In this document: in pieces, positions 39,435 through 52,441 of the stretch
Layout: every line of letters begins with the position of its first letter
Position numbering within the stretch: the stretch's first letter is position 1
Assembly: GCF_004010195.1 (NCBI RefSeq)
Contig: NC_057753.1
Location: 12,514,415 to 12,578,414 of the forward strand
DNA: 64,000 nucleotides
Direction of reading: 5' to 3'
Origin: Chiloscyllium plagiosum
Lineage: Eukaryota
The notes under the pieces: model-generated
What the model was told of the DNA's origin: nothing
Database searches by the model: none
The model's input: only the letters and a program-made list of their open reading frames with translations
Made by a program: the position numbers and the translations under genes

Positions 39435-39685
39435 GAGAAAATGACGTCTGCAGATGCTGAAAATAGAGTCAAAAGGTTCTGCGCTAGAAAAGCACAGTTG
39501 GTCAGGCAGCATCCAAGGAGCAGGCCATTTCACTTTTCGAGCATCAGCGTTTCATTTCTGATGAAGAGTTTTTTTTTGGAAACATCGAGTCTCCTGCTCC
39601 TGGGATGCTGTCTCACCGAATGTGCTTTTTCAGCGCCGCACTTTTTGTCTCTCATCTTCAGCATCTGCAGTCCTCATTTTCTCTG
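39435..39685. mobile_element. Inverted pair of Penelope-type terminal repeats (hairpin)
   Basis: CTGCAGATGCTG...CAGGCAGCATCC followed by its reverse complement GGATGCTG...CAGCATCTGCAG; decayed CTGATGA...GAAAC core near the centre. Confidence 0.8.
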
Positions 39686-39962
39686 AGGGAATGTATCTTG
39701 TAACAGTATCGTTCGCGATATGCTCTTCCAGCACCACACTTTGTGATCCAGGAAAAATTCCCTCTGCACTTCACCCTGATAAAATAAACTCGCTGTTGCA
39801 AGGCACCAGAAATATCTAAATTGCACATGTTTAACTCATTATAACCACATATTGAAAGACCTTTCTCGACTTGGTTACAACTCAGCAATCCACTGACCTG
39901 TCGTCTCCTCAATCTCCTACCAAGTAAGATCTTAAACGGGTTCAAAGCCTGCTTGTTTGTTG

Positions 39963-40263
39963 CACCGTGAGTCACTGCTCTGTAGTATACTGCAGAGTGA
40001 CGGCAGAACTGCGTAAACAATGGGCGTTAGTGCATAGAGTGCTGTGGAGCCTTTCTCACAGTCCAAACGTATTGTAAATATTTCTTTCATTGTTTCAACC
40101 CGGAATGAGGAGATAAAGAACTCGGGAGATTAATTGAAGCACTGCCTGCACCAGAACACAAAAACGTTCCATGTAACAGTGCCATTTTGTTACAGAGAAG
40201 TAGGTTGTCCGACATTTCCTTGATGAATAGATACTGGCACTGTTTCTGCATGACAATAAATAA
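39963..40263 (-). pseudogene. TCR alpha-type V pseudogene
   Basis: Acceptor TTTTCCAG; ...GNVGQPTSL*...VFVFWCRQCFN*SPEFF...RLDCEKGSTAL; shifted frame HSAVYYRAVT; heptamer CACGGTG at 39969-39963. Confidence 0.75.
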
Positions 40264-40357
40264 CTGGAAAACATGATCCGAAGTGAACAAAATCAACATA
40301 AAGAAGATTGTAATAAGAATTAAATGAAGTATCTGGGAATACAGTAGAAACAAGCAA

Positions 40358-40444
<87 letters not shown>

Positions 40445-40700
40445 NNNNNNNNNNNNNNNNNNNNNNNNNNNNNNNNNNNNNNNNNNNNNNNNNNNNNNNN
40501 NNNNNNNNNNNNNNNNNNNNNNNNNNNNNNNNNNNNNNNNNNNNNNNNNNNNNNNNNNNNNNNNNNNNNNNNNNNNNNNNNNNNNNNNNNNNNNNNNNNN
40601 NNNNNNNNNNNNNNNNNNNNNNNNNNNNNNNNNNNNNNNTCTATCTATCTGTCTATCTATCTGTCTATCTATTTGTCTGTATGTCTATCTATCTATCAAT
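40358..40700 (+). repeat. (TATC)n microsatellite spanning a 195-N assembly gap (40445-40639)
   Basis: Seen directly. Confidence 0.97.
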
Positions 40701-40899
40701 ATATTTATCTATCCCTCCATATGTCCATGTATCCGTGTATCCATCTATTTTTCCATCTTTTGCTTCTTTTACATATCTTTTTTGCGTGGCAGAACCCAAC
40801 AGAAAACGACGGGACAGAGGGAGGGGGAAATGTATGCTGCGAACATTCGAAATATAGCTCTGGCTGCCAGAGGACAAAGAAAGGTGCTAAGAAACCGTG

Positions 40900-41640
40900 G
40901 AGCAGAATCTAGAACAAAAAAATGGAGAGATAGAGAAAATCAAGAGAGAACAATAGGCAGAGAGAGGACAAAAATCAGAAACAGAAGTATGGAGACAGTG
41001 AACGTCGTGGCGACGGGGCAGATAAATTAATTGATATTAAGATAGAGAACAAAACACGGAGACAAGGAGAACGAAAGTGTAAAATGAAAGAAGAGAAAAC
41101 TGACATAGAAACAGAGGGAAAATCGTGAATGGAGTAAAGACAGAATGTAGCATTCAAAGAGACAGAATGGGAGAATACGTGGACAGAGGAAGACTGAGTC
41201 CGATAGATAGACAGGAAGGGAGAAACAGAAAAGTAGAGGAAGATAGAATGGGAGAGAAACAGACAGAAAAAGACAACGATCCAACGAGAAGAAGGGAATA
41301 AAAGGTGAAATTAAGGGACGTTTTACATCTGATTAAAGGAGATTGTGCAACAGCAAAATGGATAGCCATTGAGAGAAAAAGCATGATAGACATCGATGTG
41401 GAATTCAATTGGACTAAAGGGAACAAGAGAGAGAGAGCCCGAAAAGAGATAATGAGGCTGAAGTAAAGGACAGGAGCAGAATCAGAAAAGCAGACAGAAA
41501 ATGAAATTGAGGCAGTTATCAGATAAACACGAATAAAGAGAGTGTCGATGCAAAGAAACACTCTGAAAATGGAGAGAAATGCAACTGAAATAACATGAAA
41601 ATTAGGACAGAAATGAGTGTATATGGAGAAGGATCGACTG
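40900..41640 (+). repeat. GA-rich low-complexity tract
   Basis: Purine-rich decayed AGAG/AGAC repeats. Confidence 0.7.
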
Positions 41641-41794
41641 ACACACTCAACAGACTTGGTGACTACACAAGAAGTTGGTTGGATATGTTTCAAGAGCAAA
41701 CGTTGATTTGGCTCCATGGCCAATTCGCTGCTTTAGGGCAATAATTTCAACATCATTTAAAAATAAAATGTATGACCCCCATGCATTTTGTCTT

Positions 41795-43235
41795 TGAGAC
41801 AGTGAGGATTGCAGATGCTGGAGATCAGAGTCGAGACTGTGGTGCTGGAAAAGCACAGCAGATCAGGCAGCATCGGAGGAGGAGAATCGATGTTTCAAGC
41901 GTGAGCCCCTCATCCGGAACGAGTCTTGTGAGCCAAAGGTGTGGAAAGATAAATGGGAGGGGCGCCGGGGTTGAGGGGTGTTAGATGAGAGAGCGATACG
42001 TAGATGGAGTGAGGGTCATGGTGATAGGCCGGAGAGGAAGGTGGAACGTATAGGTGGGAAGGAAGACAGACATGTAGGAAATGTCATTCGAGTCGTGCAG
42101 AGTTGAACTGGGATACGGTGAAGGAAAGGCGAATTAGCAAACTGGGGAAATCCATATTGATGCCGTGTGGTTGGACAGTCCCAAGGCAGAAGATGAGGCA
42201 TTATTCCTCTAGGCGTCGGGTGGTTACGGCGTGATGATAGAGGAAGCCCAGGATATGCATGGCCTTGATGAAATGGGAGGGGGAGTTGAAGTGTTCCGGC
42301 ACGAGGCGTTGCGGTTGGTTGGTGCGGGTGTTGCTGAGATGTTCTCTGAAGCACTCTGAAAGTAGGTGTCCTGTCTCCCCAATGTAGAGGAGACCACATC
42401 AGGAGCAACAGAAACATTACGTGAAGTGTGTAGAAGTGCAGGTAAAGTTCTGATGGATGTGGAAGGCTCTTTTGGCGACTTGGACAGAGGTGATGGGGAG
42501 GTGTGGGCACAGGATTTGCAATCCCTGGGGTGGCAGGGGAAGGTGCAGGGTGGAGTGGTGGGAAGGTGGGTTGGTGGGTCACGTGGAACGGACAAGACAG
42601 TCATCGAGGAAATTGTCCTTCTGGAAAGCAGATGAGTTGGGGAGAGAAATCTATCTCTGGTGATGGGGTCCGATTATAAATAGCGGAAATGGCGGAGGAT
42701 GATGCTATGCATACGGAGGTTGTTTGGGTGGCAGTGAGGACCGGGGAGATTCCGTCATTTTTGTGGTTGGAAGGATGGGTTTCAAGGTTGCGGGCAGTGG
42801 ATGAGTCGCGCTGGAGTGCATCATCGAACAGTTGCTCGGAAGAAATTGCGGTCTTTGGAGAAGGAGGCCATCTGGTGTGTACTGTGGTTGAACTTGTCCT
42901 CCTGGGAGCAGATGCGGCGGAAGTGGAGAAATTGGAAATAAGAGATAGCGCTTGTATAAGCGGCAGGGTCGGAGGAGGTGTAATCCAGTTAGCTGTGAGA
43001 ATCAGTGGGTGTCTACAAGATGTCCTTGCTTTGTCGGCCACCTTTGATGGAGATGGAGAGGTCCAGGAAGGGGACAGAGGTTTCTGAGATGGTCCAGGTG
43101 AACATAACTTTGGGGTGAAATGTGTTGGTGAAGTTGATGAACTGCTCAAACTTCTCATGGGAATAGGAAGTGGCGCTGATGCAGTCATCAGTGAAGTGGT
43201 GGAAAGGACTGGTGCTGATGTAACTGAAGAAGATG
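41795..43235 (-). mobile_element. Penelope-like element (RT C-terminus, GIY-YIG endonuclease, terminal repeat)
   Basis: Minus-strand frames give CHPRDCKSCAHTSP, CGLLYIGET and EHFNSPSH remnants, and a decayed hammerhead at ~41885-41920. Confidence 0.85.
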
Positions 43236-43329
43236 CACTCCGTTTCAAAACCCTTCGCAGCCTTCCCATTTGTAGAAAAAAGGGGTTACGAACAGGTTAG
43301 TTTTTGTGCAAGACAATATACTTGCCACT

Positions 43330-43480
43330 TGATTGGATGTTGCGCCCACACCTCCCCCCTCACTTCCCTCCAAGGCCCCAAGGGACATTTCCATATCCGC
43401 CACAAATTCACCTGCACCTCCACTCACATCATCTATTGCATCCGCTGCACCCGATGTGGCATCCTCTATATTGGGGCATC
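43330..43480 (+). mobile_element. Penelope GIY-YIG fragment
   Basis: CAHTSPLTSLQGPKGHFHIRHKFTCTSTHIIYCIRCTRCGILYIG. Confidence 0.85.
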
Positions 43481-44001
43481 TTCAGCAATTGATTGGATGT
43501 TCCCTTGTATCTCTGTCCAGAGCAAACACATCAATGTTTAGTCCGGTATCAGTACATCATTCCATCTCTTGTCAAATGCCCATTTCAGGCGGAACCAGCT
43601 TCACTTCAAATCCGCCAACATTTCTTTGTCAACATGTTGGAGCTTAATTTCTATTTTACTGTTCCCGTTGTAGCTGTTTAACGGATAAGTTAAAATAAAT
43701 ATTTAACACTTCAAATCACAAAAGTCTCATTTATTGCATTTAGCTGGAGCCCAAAAATGTCGACATAATGATCTGAAATGAAGACAATGATTGGACCCTC
43801 CCTGAATTCGTCCTTGAAAAAAAAATGTATGCATAAGCCGAAAGTTTAAGGCTCATTGACTGAGCCCAGCACCTTGAATTCAAGTTTTGATTTGATAGAC
43901 TCCCAATGTATTAAATTATTGACTTTACAACACAGTCTGTGTCTGTGGGCACCGTAGAAGACATTAAAATTCAATTACTCGTCGCAGTGTAGGTAGTCCT
44001 C

Positions 44002-44468
44002 ATGTTCAAATATTTATTCCTAATTTATTTCTCAAATAAGTTTCACCGTTGTCGCATTAATTGTTGGAGAGAAAGACACAGTGATATGCCATTGTTTCAC
44101 TTCATGTCTGTCTGGGCTTTTACAGGGCATTATCGAGGACATTCTATTTTGCAGACACGGGCTGAAACTAAGGTAAATCATGGAGATGATATTCAAGTAT
44201 AATGTAATTACAGAAGTACAAGCAGCAGCATGCCTTATCTGTTCTGGAATCGTCAATATTCAAATGGATCCATTCAATTTTTTCTACATAAGAGCAGATT
44301 CACCAGGAATGCAGAATTTCAAGAGAAACTGCTTTCAGTGAATCTCAATGAATCCAGTCTAACAGTCCCGCTAAATGCTACTAAAGCACAGCTGACAAGC
44401 TCTTCCGTGTTTTACAGCACAGTGAGCCCTACAGAGACAAAGAATTGGAGTCAACCTGTGGAAAAATA
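44002..44468 (+). pseudogene. TCR alpha-type V pseudogene with 23-RSS
   Basis: Leader MFKYLFLIYFS with mutated donor ATAAGT; acceptor CAG at 44125; HSILQTRAETKVNHGDDIQV*CNY...YLFWNRQYSNGSIQF...AQLTSSSVFYSTVSP; RSS TACAGAG (44430-44436) + 23 bp + GGAAAAATA (44460-44468). Confidence 0.85.
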
Positions 44469-44834
44469 CTTTCAGACTATCACGCAAAGTACCAGAGTGT
44501 GATCGAACTAAAGCATTGACAGGAGGTTGATCAGCAGTGAGTCCACATTGAGCTAATTATTCTTAATGATATCATGCACTCGTAATTCTAATAAATATAT
44601 TGATCAGATACGTGTCAATATATGTTTATATTGTTCAAAATACAGAAGATGCAAATACAGTCATCAACATAATAAACAAAAAATGAAGAAGGAAACTCGG
44701 GAGGAAAACATACAGACAGACTGGTGGTCTGGCATTGCTTAAACTGAAATTAAGTTAAAATGAATTATTGTGAACGAGTTTTGTGGTTTGTTTTTGTTAA
44801 CTGGGTAGATCAGAATGGCAGAAAACATCTGAAA

Positions 44835-45140
44835 GCGACGGCATCGCAAATCAGTGATAAGCACTGCTGCTTCACAGCGCCAGAGATGCGGGTTCGTTTC
44901 CAGCCCTGGCCGACTGCCTGAGTACAGTTTACACATTTTCTCAGTTTCCACATGGATTTCCTCAATGTTCTCCGGTTTCCTCTCGCAGTCTAAACATTTG
45001 CATTTTATGTGGATTGGCAATGAGAAATGCAGGGTTATGGGGACAGTGTAAACGAGGCAGGGCAGGATGCTCTTTGGAAGGGCAGTATGGACTCAATGGG
45101 CCGAAAGGCCTGGCTCCGCGCTGTAGGGATTCTGTGACTC
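44835..45140 (+). mobile_element. HE1-like SINE
   Basis: AGCACTGCTGCTTCACAGCGCCAGAGA...GGGTTCG head; CR1-like tail. Confidence 0.8.
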
Positions 45141-45579
45141 AGTGGCTGTGAAATTTAATAATATGTGAAGAGTAAACAAACCGTCTACGTGATGACACAG
45201 ACATACATACATAGACAAGTGCAGAGACTTGCAGAATCAGGTTCAAAACAATCTCTGACCACGCGAGAAAAACTCAGTACAGGCATTTTGTTTTTCAAAC
45301 AAATCCGCTTTCTTCAGAATTCTCAAATCGCTGCCTGTGCTTGTTGTAAACTTCTTGTATATTTCAGGTTAGTTTATGTTATGTGCAGTTGATTTATGGT
45401 TCGGCTGAAACACAATGCAACAAAATAAATGCTGAGCTTTACTGAATAGATTGTTACACTGTGTTCATAGCGAGTTTGATGTAAAGAATGACAGATGAAA
45501 CGTTTCCAGTCCATCTCATTTGGATTTTAAATAATTTCGGTTGTGTTTGTCCTTGAAATTTAGACGAATGGGCGGAATG

Positions 45580-45970
45580 GGGTCGGTATCTTAAAGAAAC
45601 AAATGAAACCCCTGATGGGACTGGACAGCTTATATGCAGGAAAAAAAAATCCCGTTGTTGGGGAAGTCCAGAACAAGAGTTACGTTCGAAGAATAAGGGT
45701 AAGCCATTCAGGAATGGGAGAAGGAAGAATTTCTTCAATCAGACTGTAGCAAACTTGTGGACTTCTCTGCCACAAAATGCGGTTGGGTGCCCTTCATTAG
45801 ATATATTCAAGATGGCGCTGTGCATGGCTCTTTCAGCTAAAGAGATCAAGGGGCATGGAGAGAAAGCGTGAGTGGGTTATCGAAATTGAGTGATCCGCCA
45901 TGATCATATTGATTGGTGTTGCCGACCCGAAAGTCAAAATAGCCTACTCTGACAGCTATTTTCTATGTTA
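45580..45970 (+). mobile_element. CR1 3' end fragment
   Basis: GGGAAGTCCAGAACAAG...AAGAATTTCTTC...; TTCTATGTT tail. Confidence 0.7.
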
Positions 45971-46073
45971 TTACATTGCTGTTTTAAAACAGCACAAATT
46001 GCTGGAAAGTTTATTATTTGTAGGCTTGCTTTCATCCTGCTCCCAGACCCTTCACCATTCCTCATTACAGAAG

Positions 46074-46615
46074 AGTTTTAGTACCTTTGGTTCTTGTCCC
46101 TGTGTCTCTTAGCCTGCAGTAATACACCGCGCTGTCAGACAGTCGCAGCTCACCTCTGTTGAAAATCCCCTCACTTTTCGAAATACATAAAAATGCAGGG
46201 AACTGTTTGCAAACATCTTCTGCTGTGAAACCCTCTCCACGTGATGGGATGTAAATCAAGAACACGGCAGATTCTCCGCCGCCCTGACTTTACAGTTGTA
46301 ATGAGTACAATCCAGGAGGGATCGAATATCTGAAGTTAATTATTACCGAATTTCCATCAATTTATGTCGCTGCAACCAGCTCCTGTGAGACCCAGTCTGC
46401 AAAACTAACACCTGCAGAAGTGTAGATGCCAACATCTTTGTTTTTAGTGTTACATTTTGCAATCAATGTAATGGAGCACATTGCAAATGGAGGGCGAGCA
46501 CAACGAAAGGGCGAGATGTCAGTGTCACCTGTAAGTCAGAATTTTCACGGTGTGAGGAACGTACCTGTTCAGAGTTTTGCAGAAATGAAAAATGTGTAAA
46601 TAGTAACAGCTGATG
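46074..46615 (-). pseudogene. TCR alpha/delta-type V pseudogene (V exon 46411-46105)
   Basis: Acceptor TTCTGCAG; GVSFADWVSQELVAAT*IDGNSVIINFRYS...YSLQL*SQGGGESAVFLIYIP...GELRLSDSAVYYCRLR; heptamer CACAGGG (46104-46098), 15-bp spacer, ACTAAAACT; decayed leader ending near 46565 with GTACGT donor. Confidence 0.85.
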
Positions 46616-47289
46616 TTGGCTTTCACAGCTGAGAGTAAGTTTTAACAAATGGAGGTGAAGCTGAAATGTTTTAACACAGAGCTGATGGTGTGCTTGAACA
46701 GATGGAGCTGAACCTGAATTCGTTTTGTGCAGGGCTAACAGTGTGTTTAAAAGAGGAAGCCGAAAATGAAATATTTTCTCTGAAACCATAGATGAGGAGT
46801 CATTTACGGTCACGATTCACCGCTGGCAATGTTAATTGGGACACCCAATGAACTTAAAAAAATTGGTCTTCAATAACGCCAGGAACTGAAGAACGACCAC
46901 GCTCTGAGGTCCAGGAAATTACTCAGATTACTGATCTTCCGTAGTTTCACAGAGTCAATCTTTGACATCGGGCCTTGATTGGTAATCTATTCGGTTGCTC
47001 TGACACTGGTACCAAAGATTATCCATCAAAAATGTTGCTCACTGACGAAGAGGAATACTGACATAAGAACAGATCTTTATGAAATGATAAGTTTAATACC
47101 AGTGAAAGTGATCATTTAGGGATGATGACGTTAATACTGGGTTCTAATTATATTAAAACTTCACGATTCAGTCCTCAGATCTGAGTCAGTGATAAAGTTG
47201 GGAGCATGTACTCAGAGGTGTCAGGAGATTGTAGACTCGACTGCCATGTCATTCAAATGCGTTTTCAATTCTTTTTCAGGGTATTTGAG

Positions 47290-47910
47290 TTGTTCGCACT
47301 GCAGCACAACAACACCATGAACCCCTGTTCAATCCAGTCTCGGGCGAATGTCTGTGTGGAATTTGGCTATTCTCCCTGGGCCTACGTGGGTTTCCTCTGT
47401 GTGCTCTGGTTGCCTCCCACAGTCCAAAATGGGCAGATTAAGTGGATTGGAAATGCTAATTTGCCCATACTGTTTAGAGATATGTAAGTTATGTGGGCTG
47501 GCCATAGGAATTGCAGGATTGCGAAGCTGCAGTAGGAGACTGGGACTGGATGGGATGATCTTCAGAGTGTTTTTTTACGTTTAGATTAGATTCGCTGCAA
47601 TATGGAAACAGGCCCTTCAGCCCAACAAGCCCACACCAACCCTCCGAAGAGAAACCCACCCAGACCCATTCTCCCACCCTCTATTTACCCCCGACTAATG
47701 CACCAAATACTATAGAAAATTTAGCATGACCAATTCACCTGACGTGCACATCTTTGCATTGTGGGAGGAAACCGAAGCACCCAAAGGAAACCCACGCAGT
47801 CACGGAGAGAATGTGCAAACTCCACACAGGCAGTCGCTTGAAGAGGCAATTAAACCTGCGTCCCTGGCGCTGTGAGGCAGCAGTACTAACCACTGAGCCA
47901 TCGTGCTGCC
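47290..47910. mobile_element. Two HE1-like SINEs tail-to-tail (+ 47290-47570; - 47580-47910)
   Basis: Same SINE body in both orientations; TTAGATTAGATT tail at ~47580. Confidence 0.8.
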
Positions 47911-48239
47911 AGAGTTCAGAGTGGACTTGATTATCCCAATAGCCTGCTTCCAAACTGTAGTGATCCTATATCCTGCCACGCTGTGTTCAAATGACCATGT
48001 TTGTGGGGCCCAGTGCACAGTGATATCGCTGAGATAATGATAGAGACCCAACAATATTTAAATTAACCACTTTCTTGTCTTGATAAAAATAACATGGTCA
48101 GAGAAATCTGATGAATTTTACCCTTTACTCGAGTCAAATCTCTTTAGTAAATATGAGAAAGTAGTCTGGGAAAGTATTTAATTAGGGGAGGGAAAATTAT
48201 ACTGCAAAAAAAAACATGAGTTGTGAAGTTTCAATAGGG

Positions 48240-50330
48240 AAGAATTGTTCAATGGGAAATGCAAAACAGAAATGTTGAGGATTTTTAAGAGCAGTTGTTG
48301 TCAGTGTTGGATAACTTTGTCCTGCTGAGACAAGCAATGTTTGATAAGGTGAAGGAAACTTGGATTTCAAGCAAAGAGGCGGTTCGCGATGAAAGGAAGA
48401 AGGAAGCTTACTAAGGGTTGAGGAAAAAAGGATTTGCACAGCTTTCGAGGATGGCATGGTAGCTGGACAGATTTTAAGAATGGACTGAAGAGAGCTTGGA
48501 TGGGGCACGAAAAAGCTTGAGCAGGAAGAAGTGGGAAACCCTAAAAGCGTTCTGCACTTACCTGAGGAATAAGAGAATGACCACAGACAGGATAGGGCCG
48601 ATCGGGGATAGTGGAGGAAAGTGGTACCTGGAGTTTGAAGAGGTAGGGTAGGATCAAAATGAGCTATTTGCTTCGATATTCAATAGTGAGAGGGACCTAG
48701 TTGGTAGTGAGAACACTGTGGATAATTTTAATAGGCTTGAAGAGATTGATATTAAGAAAGTGGCTGTGCCCTAAATTCTAGGAAGCATTGAGATACATAA
48801 GTCCACAATGCCGGACCAGCTATTTCCAAGTTTACTCCGGGAAGCGAGGAATGAGATTGCTGCTCCTCTGACGATGACCTTTGCAACCTCAGTCTCCACA
48901 AGACTAGCACAAGATAATCGTTTGGAGGCGAATGTTGTTCCTCTGTTCATGAAAGGGAATAGGGAAATAATTGGGAATTATAAACCAATCAGTCTTATGT
49001 CTGTGGTAAGGAAGGCACGAGAAAGTGTTCAGAGGGAAATGATTTTTGCGCAATTGGAAAAAGGTGGTTTGTTTAAAAATAGTCAGCAAGGATTTGTGAG
49101 AGGCAGCCATGGCTCACAAATATTATTGACATCTTTGAGAATGTGATGAGGAAGTTTGATGAGACAAGCACACCACAGTGCATGTGGGTGGAATATATTT
49201 GGGTTAGCGATTTGAGAAGGGTCCCCACGGTATGCTCATTCATAATAGTCGGAGATATGGGTGCAGGGTAATTTGCTGCCTGGATATAGAATTGGCTAGC
49301 CGAAAGAAGACAACGAGTGGCAGTGGATGGGAAGTTTTCCACCTGGAGTTTGGTGACCATTGGTTTCCCACAGGCATCTGTTCCTGAGCCTGTACTCTTT
49401 GTGGGTTTTATAAATGAATTGGATGAAGAAGTGGAAGGTTGGGTTACTAAATTTGCCGATCACACATAGTTTGGTAGTTTCGTAGATTGTTTTGAGGGCT
49501 GTTGCAGGCAATAACAAGACATAAACAGGATGCAGAACTGGGCTGAAAAGTGGCAGAGGGAGTTCAATCTGGATAAATGCAGTGATATATTTTGCAATGT
49601 TGAATTTGAATACTGAATACAGGATTAAAGAAGAGATGTTGGTAGTGTGGAGGAAAAATGCGATTTTGTATACAGACACATAGATCCTTCAAAGATGTCA
49701 CACAAGTTGGTATGGTTATTAAGAAGGCATATAGTGATCTGGCTTTGATTAACAGGGGAATTGAGCTTCAGAGCCGCGAGGTTTTGATGCAGCTCGATAA
49801 AACCATGATTAGACCACAGCTGGAATATTGTGTCCAATTCTGCATGCCTCATTATAGGAAGGATGAACATATTTAGAGTAGGTGCAAAAGAGATTTGTCA
49901 GGATTCTGCCTGGATTGGAGGGCTTGTCTTATGAACAGAGTTTAGGTGAGATGGTGCTTTTCCCATTGGAGAGAAGAAGGAGGACTTGCTGGAGGTGCAC
50001 AAAGTGATGAGAGGCATTAATAGAGGTAATAGATTTTCCCCAGGCAGAAATGACTGAACGTGCTGTCATTCTGTTTTGATGATTGGAGGAAGGTATAGAA
50101 CAGACGTCATTGGTAGTTTCTTTAATCAGAGAATGGTGGAATACACTGCCAGTTGTGGTAGTAGAGTCAGAGACATTGGAGACATTTAATGACTGCTCGA
50201 CAATCACATCGACGGCAGTAAATTGAGGGGTGTGCCAATTAGTTTGACGTTAGATTAAGATAAATTTTTAGAACAACATCGTGGGCTGAAGGGCTTGTAC
50301 TGTGTCGTACTATCCTATGTTCTTTATTCG
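48240..50330 (+). mobile_element. CR1 LINE ORF2 (RT) to 3' end, decayed
   Basis: ANVVPLFMKGNREIIGNYKPISLMSVV; SQQGFVRG; RPQLEYCVQF. Confidence 0.9.
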
Positions 50331-52441
50331 AAATATCCTGGCGTTTGGTCGCAAAAGTGAATGCACTAAAAGAGAAGTTCAACAAAATATTTTGTAATAT
50401 AATGACTATTCATCGTTATGGCCTATGCTTCTTCAGTTACTAATTCTGGTGGCTCTTGGATGAGTAATTATCGGCCAATCGTTCCTTTAAAAACGCATGA
50501 ATGCATGAAACATATATTTGTGAATATAACCTAAGAATCACACATTGAACACTTCAGCTCCCATCGCTGAGCAGCATAATCTTCCGTAGTGGCAAATTAT
50601 GGAGATTGCACATGGTTTCCAATTCCGTTGTAAATAGTTCATTAAATTTTTTTTTCTAGTCTTCCTTTGCAGATCCGACGCAAGTTCCAATTATTAGGAA
50701 AAACAAATATAGTCATTTCTCTGTGCTGGGATTTGCCAGTCTCTTTCAGCTAGCAACATCTATGCACGAATAACTATTCCATGATGAACAAATGCAGGAA
50801 TCTGATGAAGAAGTTATGCTTGAAAAGTCAATCCTCCTGCTCCTTCGACGCTGCCTGACCAGCTGCACTTTTCCGGCATCCCACTCTTGACAAACATTTT
50901 TAAAAAATGACAGACATCAATACATGATGACTGACGCTGCTGATTTTAATTGCCACGGACCTCTGAACCAGTCCTCGAATAATCCATTCACTTACATTGT
51001 GCCTGGTTGTCTCTGAGAGTCTATGGATGCATCCTTGGGCATGTGTCTCCATCTCCTATTTATTTTCTGTATCACTTCCAACCATCTAACATTAATCTAT
51101 CACGTCTGTTGGTTTCTCTGTGTTTCTGTCATAGCTGTCTTCACCTCTGATGACATTTCTTTATCGTTATCTGAGTTTCAACTTCATTCCATCTTCCTGT
51201 TATGTTCTTGGTGTATCAATGCATTGAGCTTCACTTTGATTTGAGGGATCATAATTTAACAAAGATTGGCTACAGACAGAAACTTTATTCTTAAGGATGC
51301 AGAAACAATATGACAGAGCTGGATATATACATTGAATGACTACAGAGAAGTAATCATAGAGTTCTTTTCATTATTTATGCATGGGATTGCCTGCGTTGTT
51401 TGTTTCTTTTGCTTATTCATGCAGTAGAATGGCAACTGCATTACTGTCGATCTGGTGTCACGTAGAAGCTTCAACAGACCAGGGAGGACGTCAGTTTGCG
51501 TCTCTCAAGAAGTGTAGCCAACTAGATGGTTTTTCTTTCCCGGCTACTAAATATGTGGTCATCATTTATTCCCAATATTAGACTTTATTTTCTCATTTAT
51601 ATTCCACCATGGCAAGGTTAGAATCCTCATTCCTAGAACATACCTGGCCCTTTCAACAAATTATCCATTCATCATACCACGTTGTAGCCACTATGAAGGT
51701 GGAACTGATATGAATTATGTCAGGGAGCCTGACAGGTCTTTTGGAAATTACGTAAAATTGATGCGAGAAAAAAAAAAGAACCCGAGGTTCTTTATTTTGA
51801 GAGGACACTTTGTGGTGCCACATGGGTTGTTGTGTGAGGCGGAATTATTGGGATGGCTGGCGTAGCCACTTTTGAGGCACAAATTAACTCTGTAACAAGA
51901 TAAACGGCAACAAAGTGAAGAACGAGTAAAACGAAAAAGGTGAGAATCTTTAACACAAGTCAACTGTGAAACTGAGGAATTGCTTATCAAAGATTGAAGC
52001 CAATGTATGTCAAAAAGGTTGGTGCTTTGGTTTAATGATAGTGATCGGCTCAATACGTGTGAAGTAACTGAGAGCCAACTTTTCTTCTCATGCTTTCACA
52101 AAATTTCCACCGACAGTAACGCGGGGGGATCAGAAAGCCCAAGTAGGGAGAGTGAGGAATAAATAAACAAATGTCATCTGGACGAGACTAATGGAGAGTA
52201 GCCGCAGTAAGGGGATGTGGGAGGGTGAACACAGATTACAATTGCGCTTCTTTTTGAGTAATACAAAATTGCAATCGTTGTGCATTCTCTTAAGGATCGA
52301 CTACAGTCAATTATCAGAGCTGCCAATAGGCTTTCTATTCCTTTGGTACTGGCACTAACTTTCCATAAATTTCTGTATCAGGGGATAACGGGCCCAGTAT
52401 ACACTGAACTACTCTAGTGGAAAAGAAAGAGCATGAGAGAT

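Noticed and set aside
41154..41723. 189-aa hydrophobic ORF
   Set aside because: By-product of the GA-rich low-complexity tract (TC-rich strand encodes Leu/Ser/Phe).
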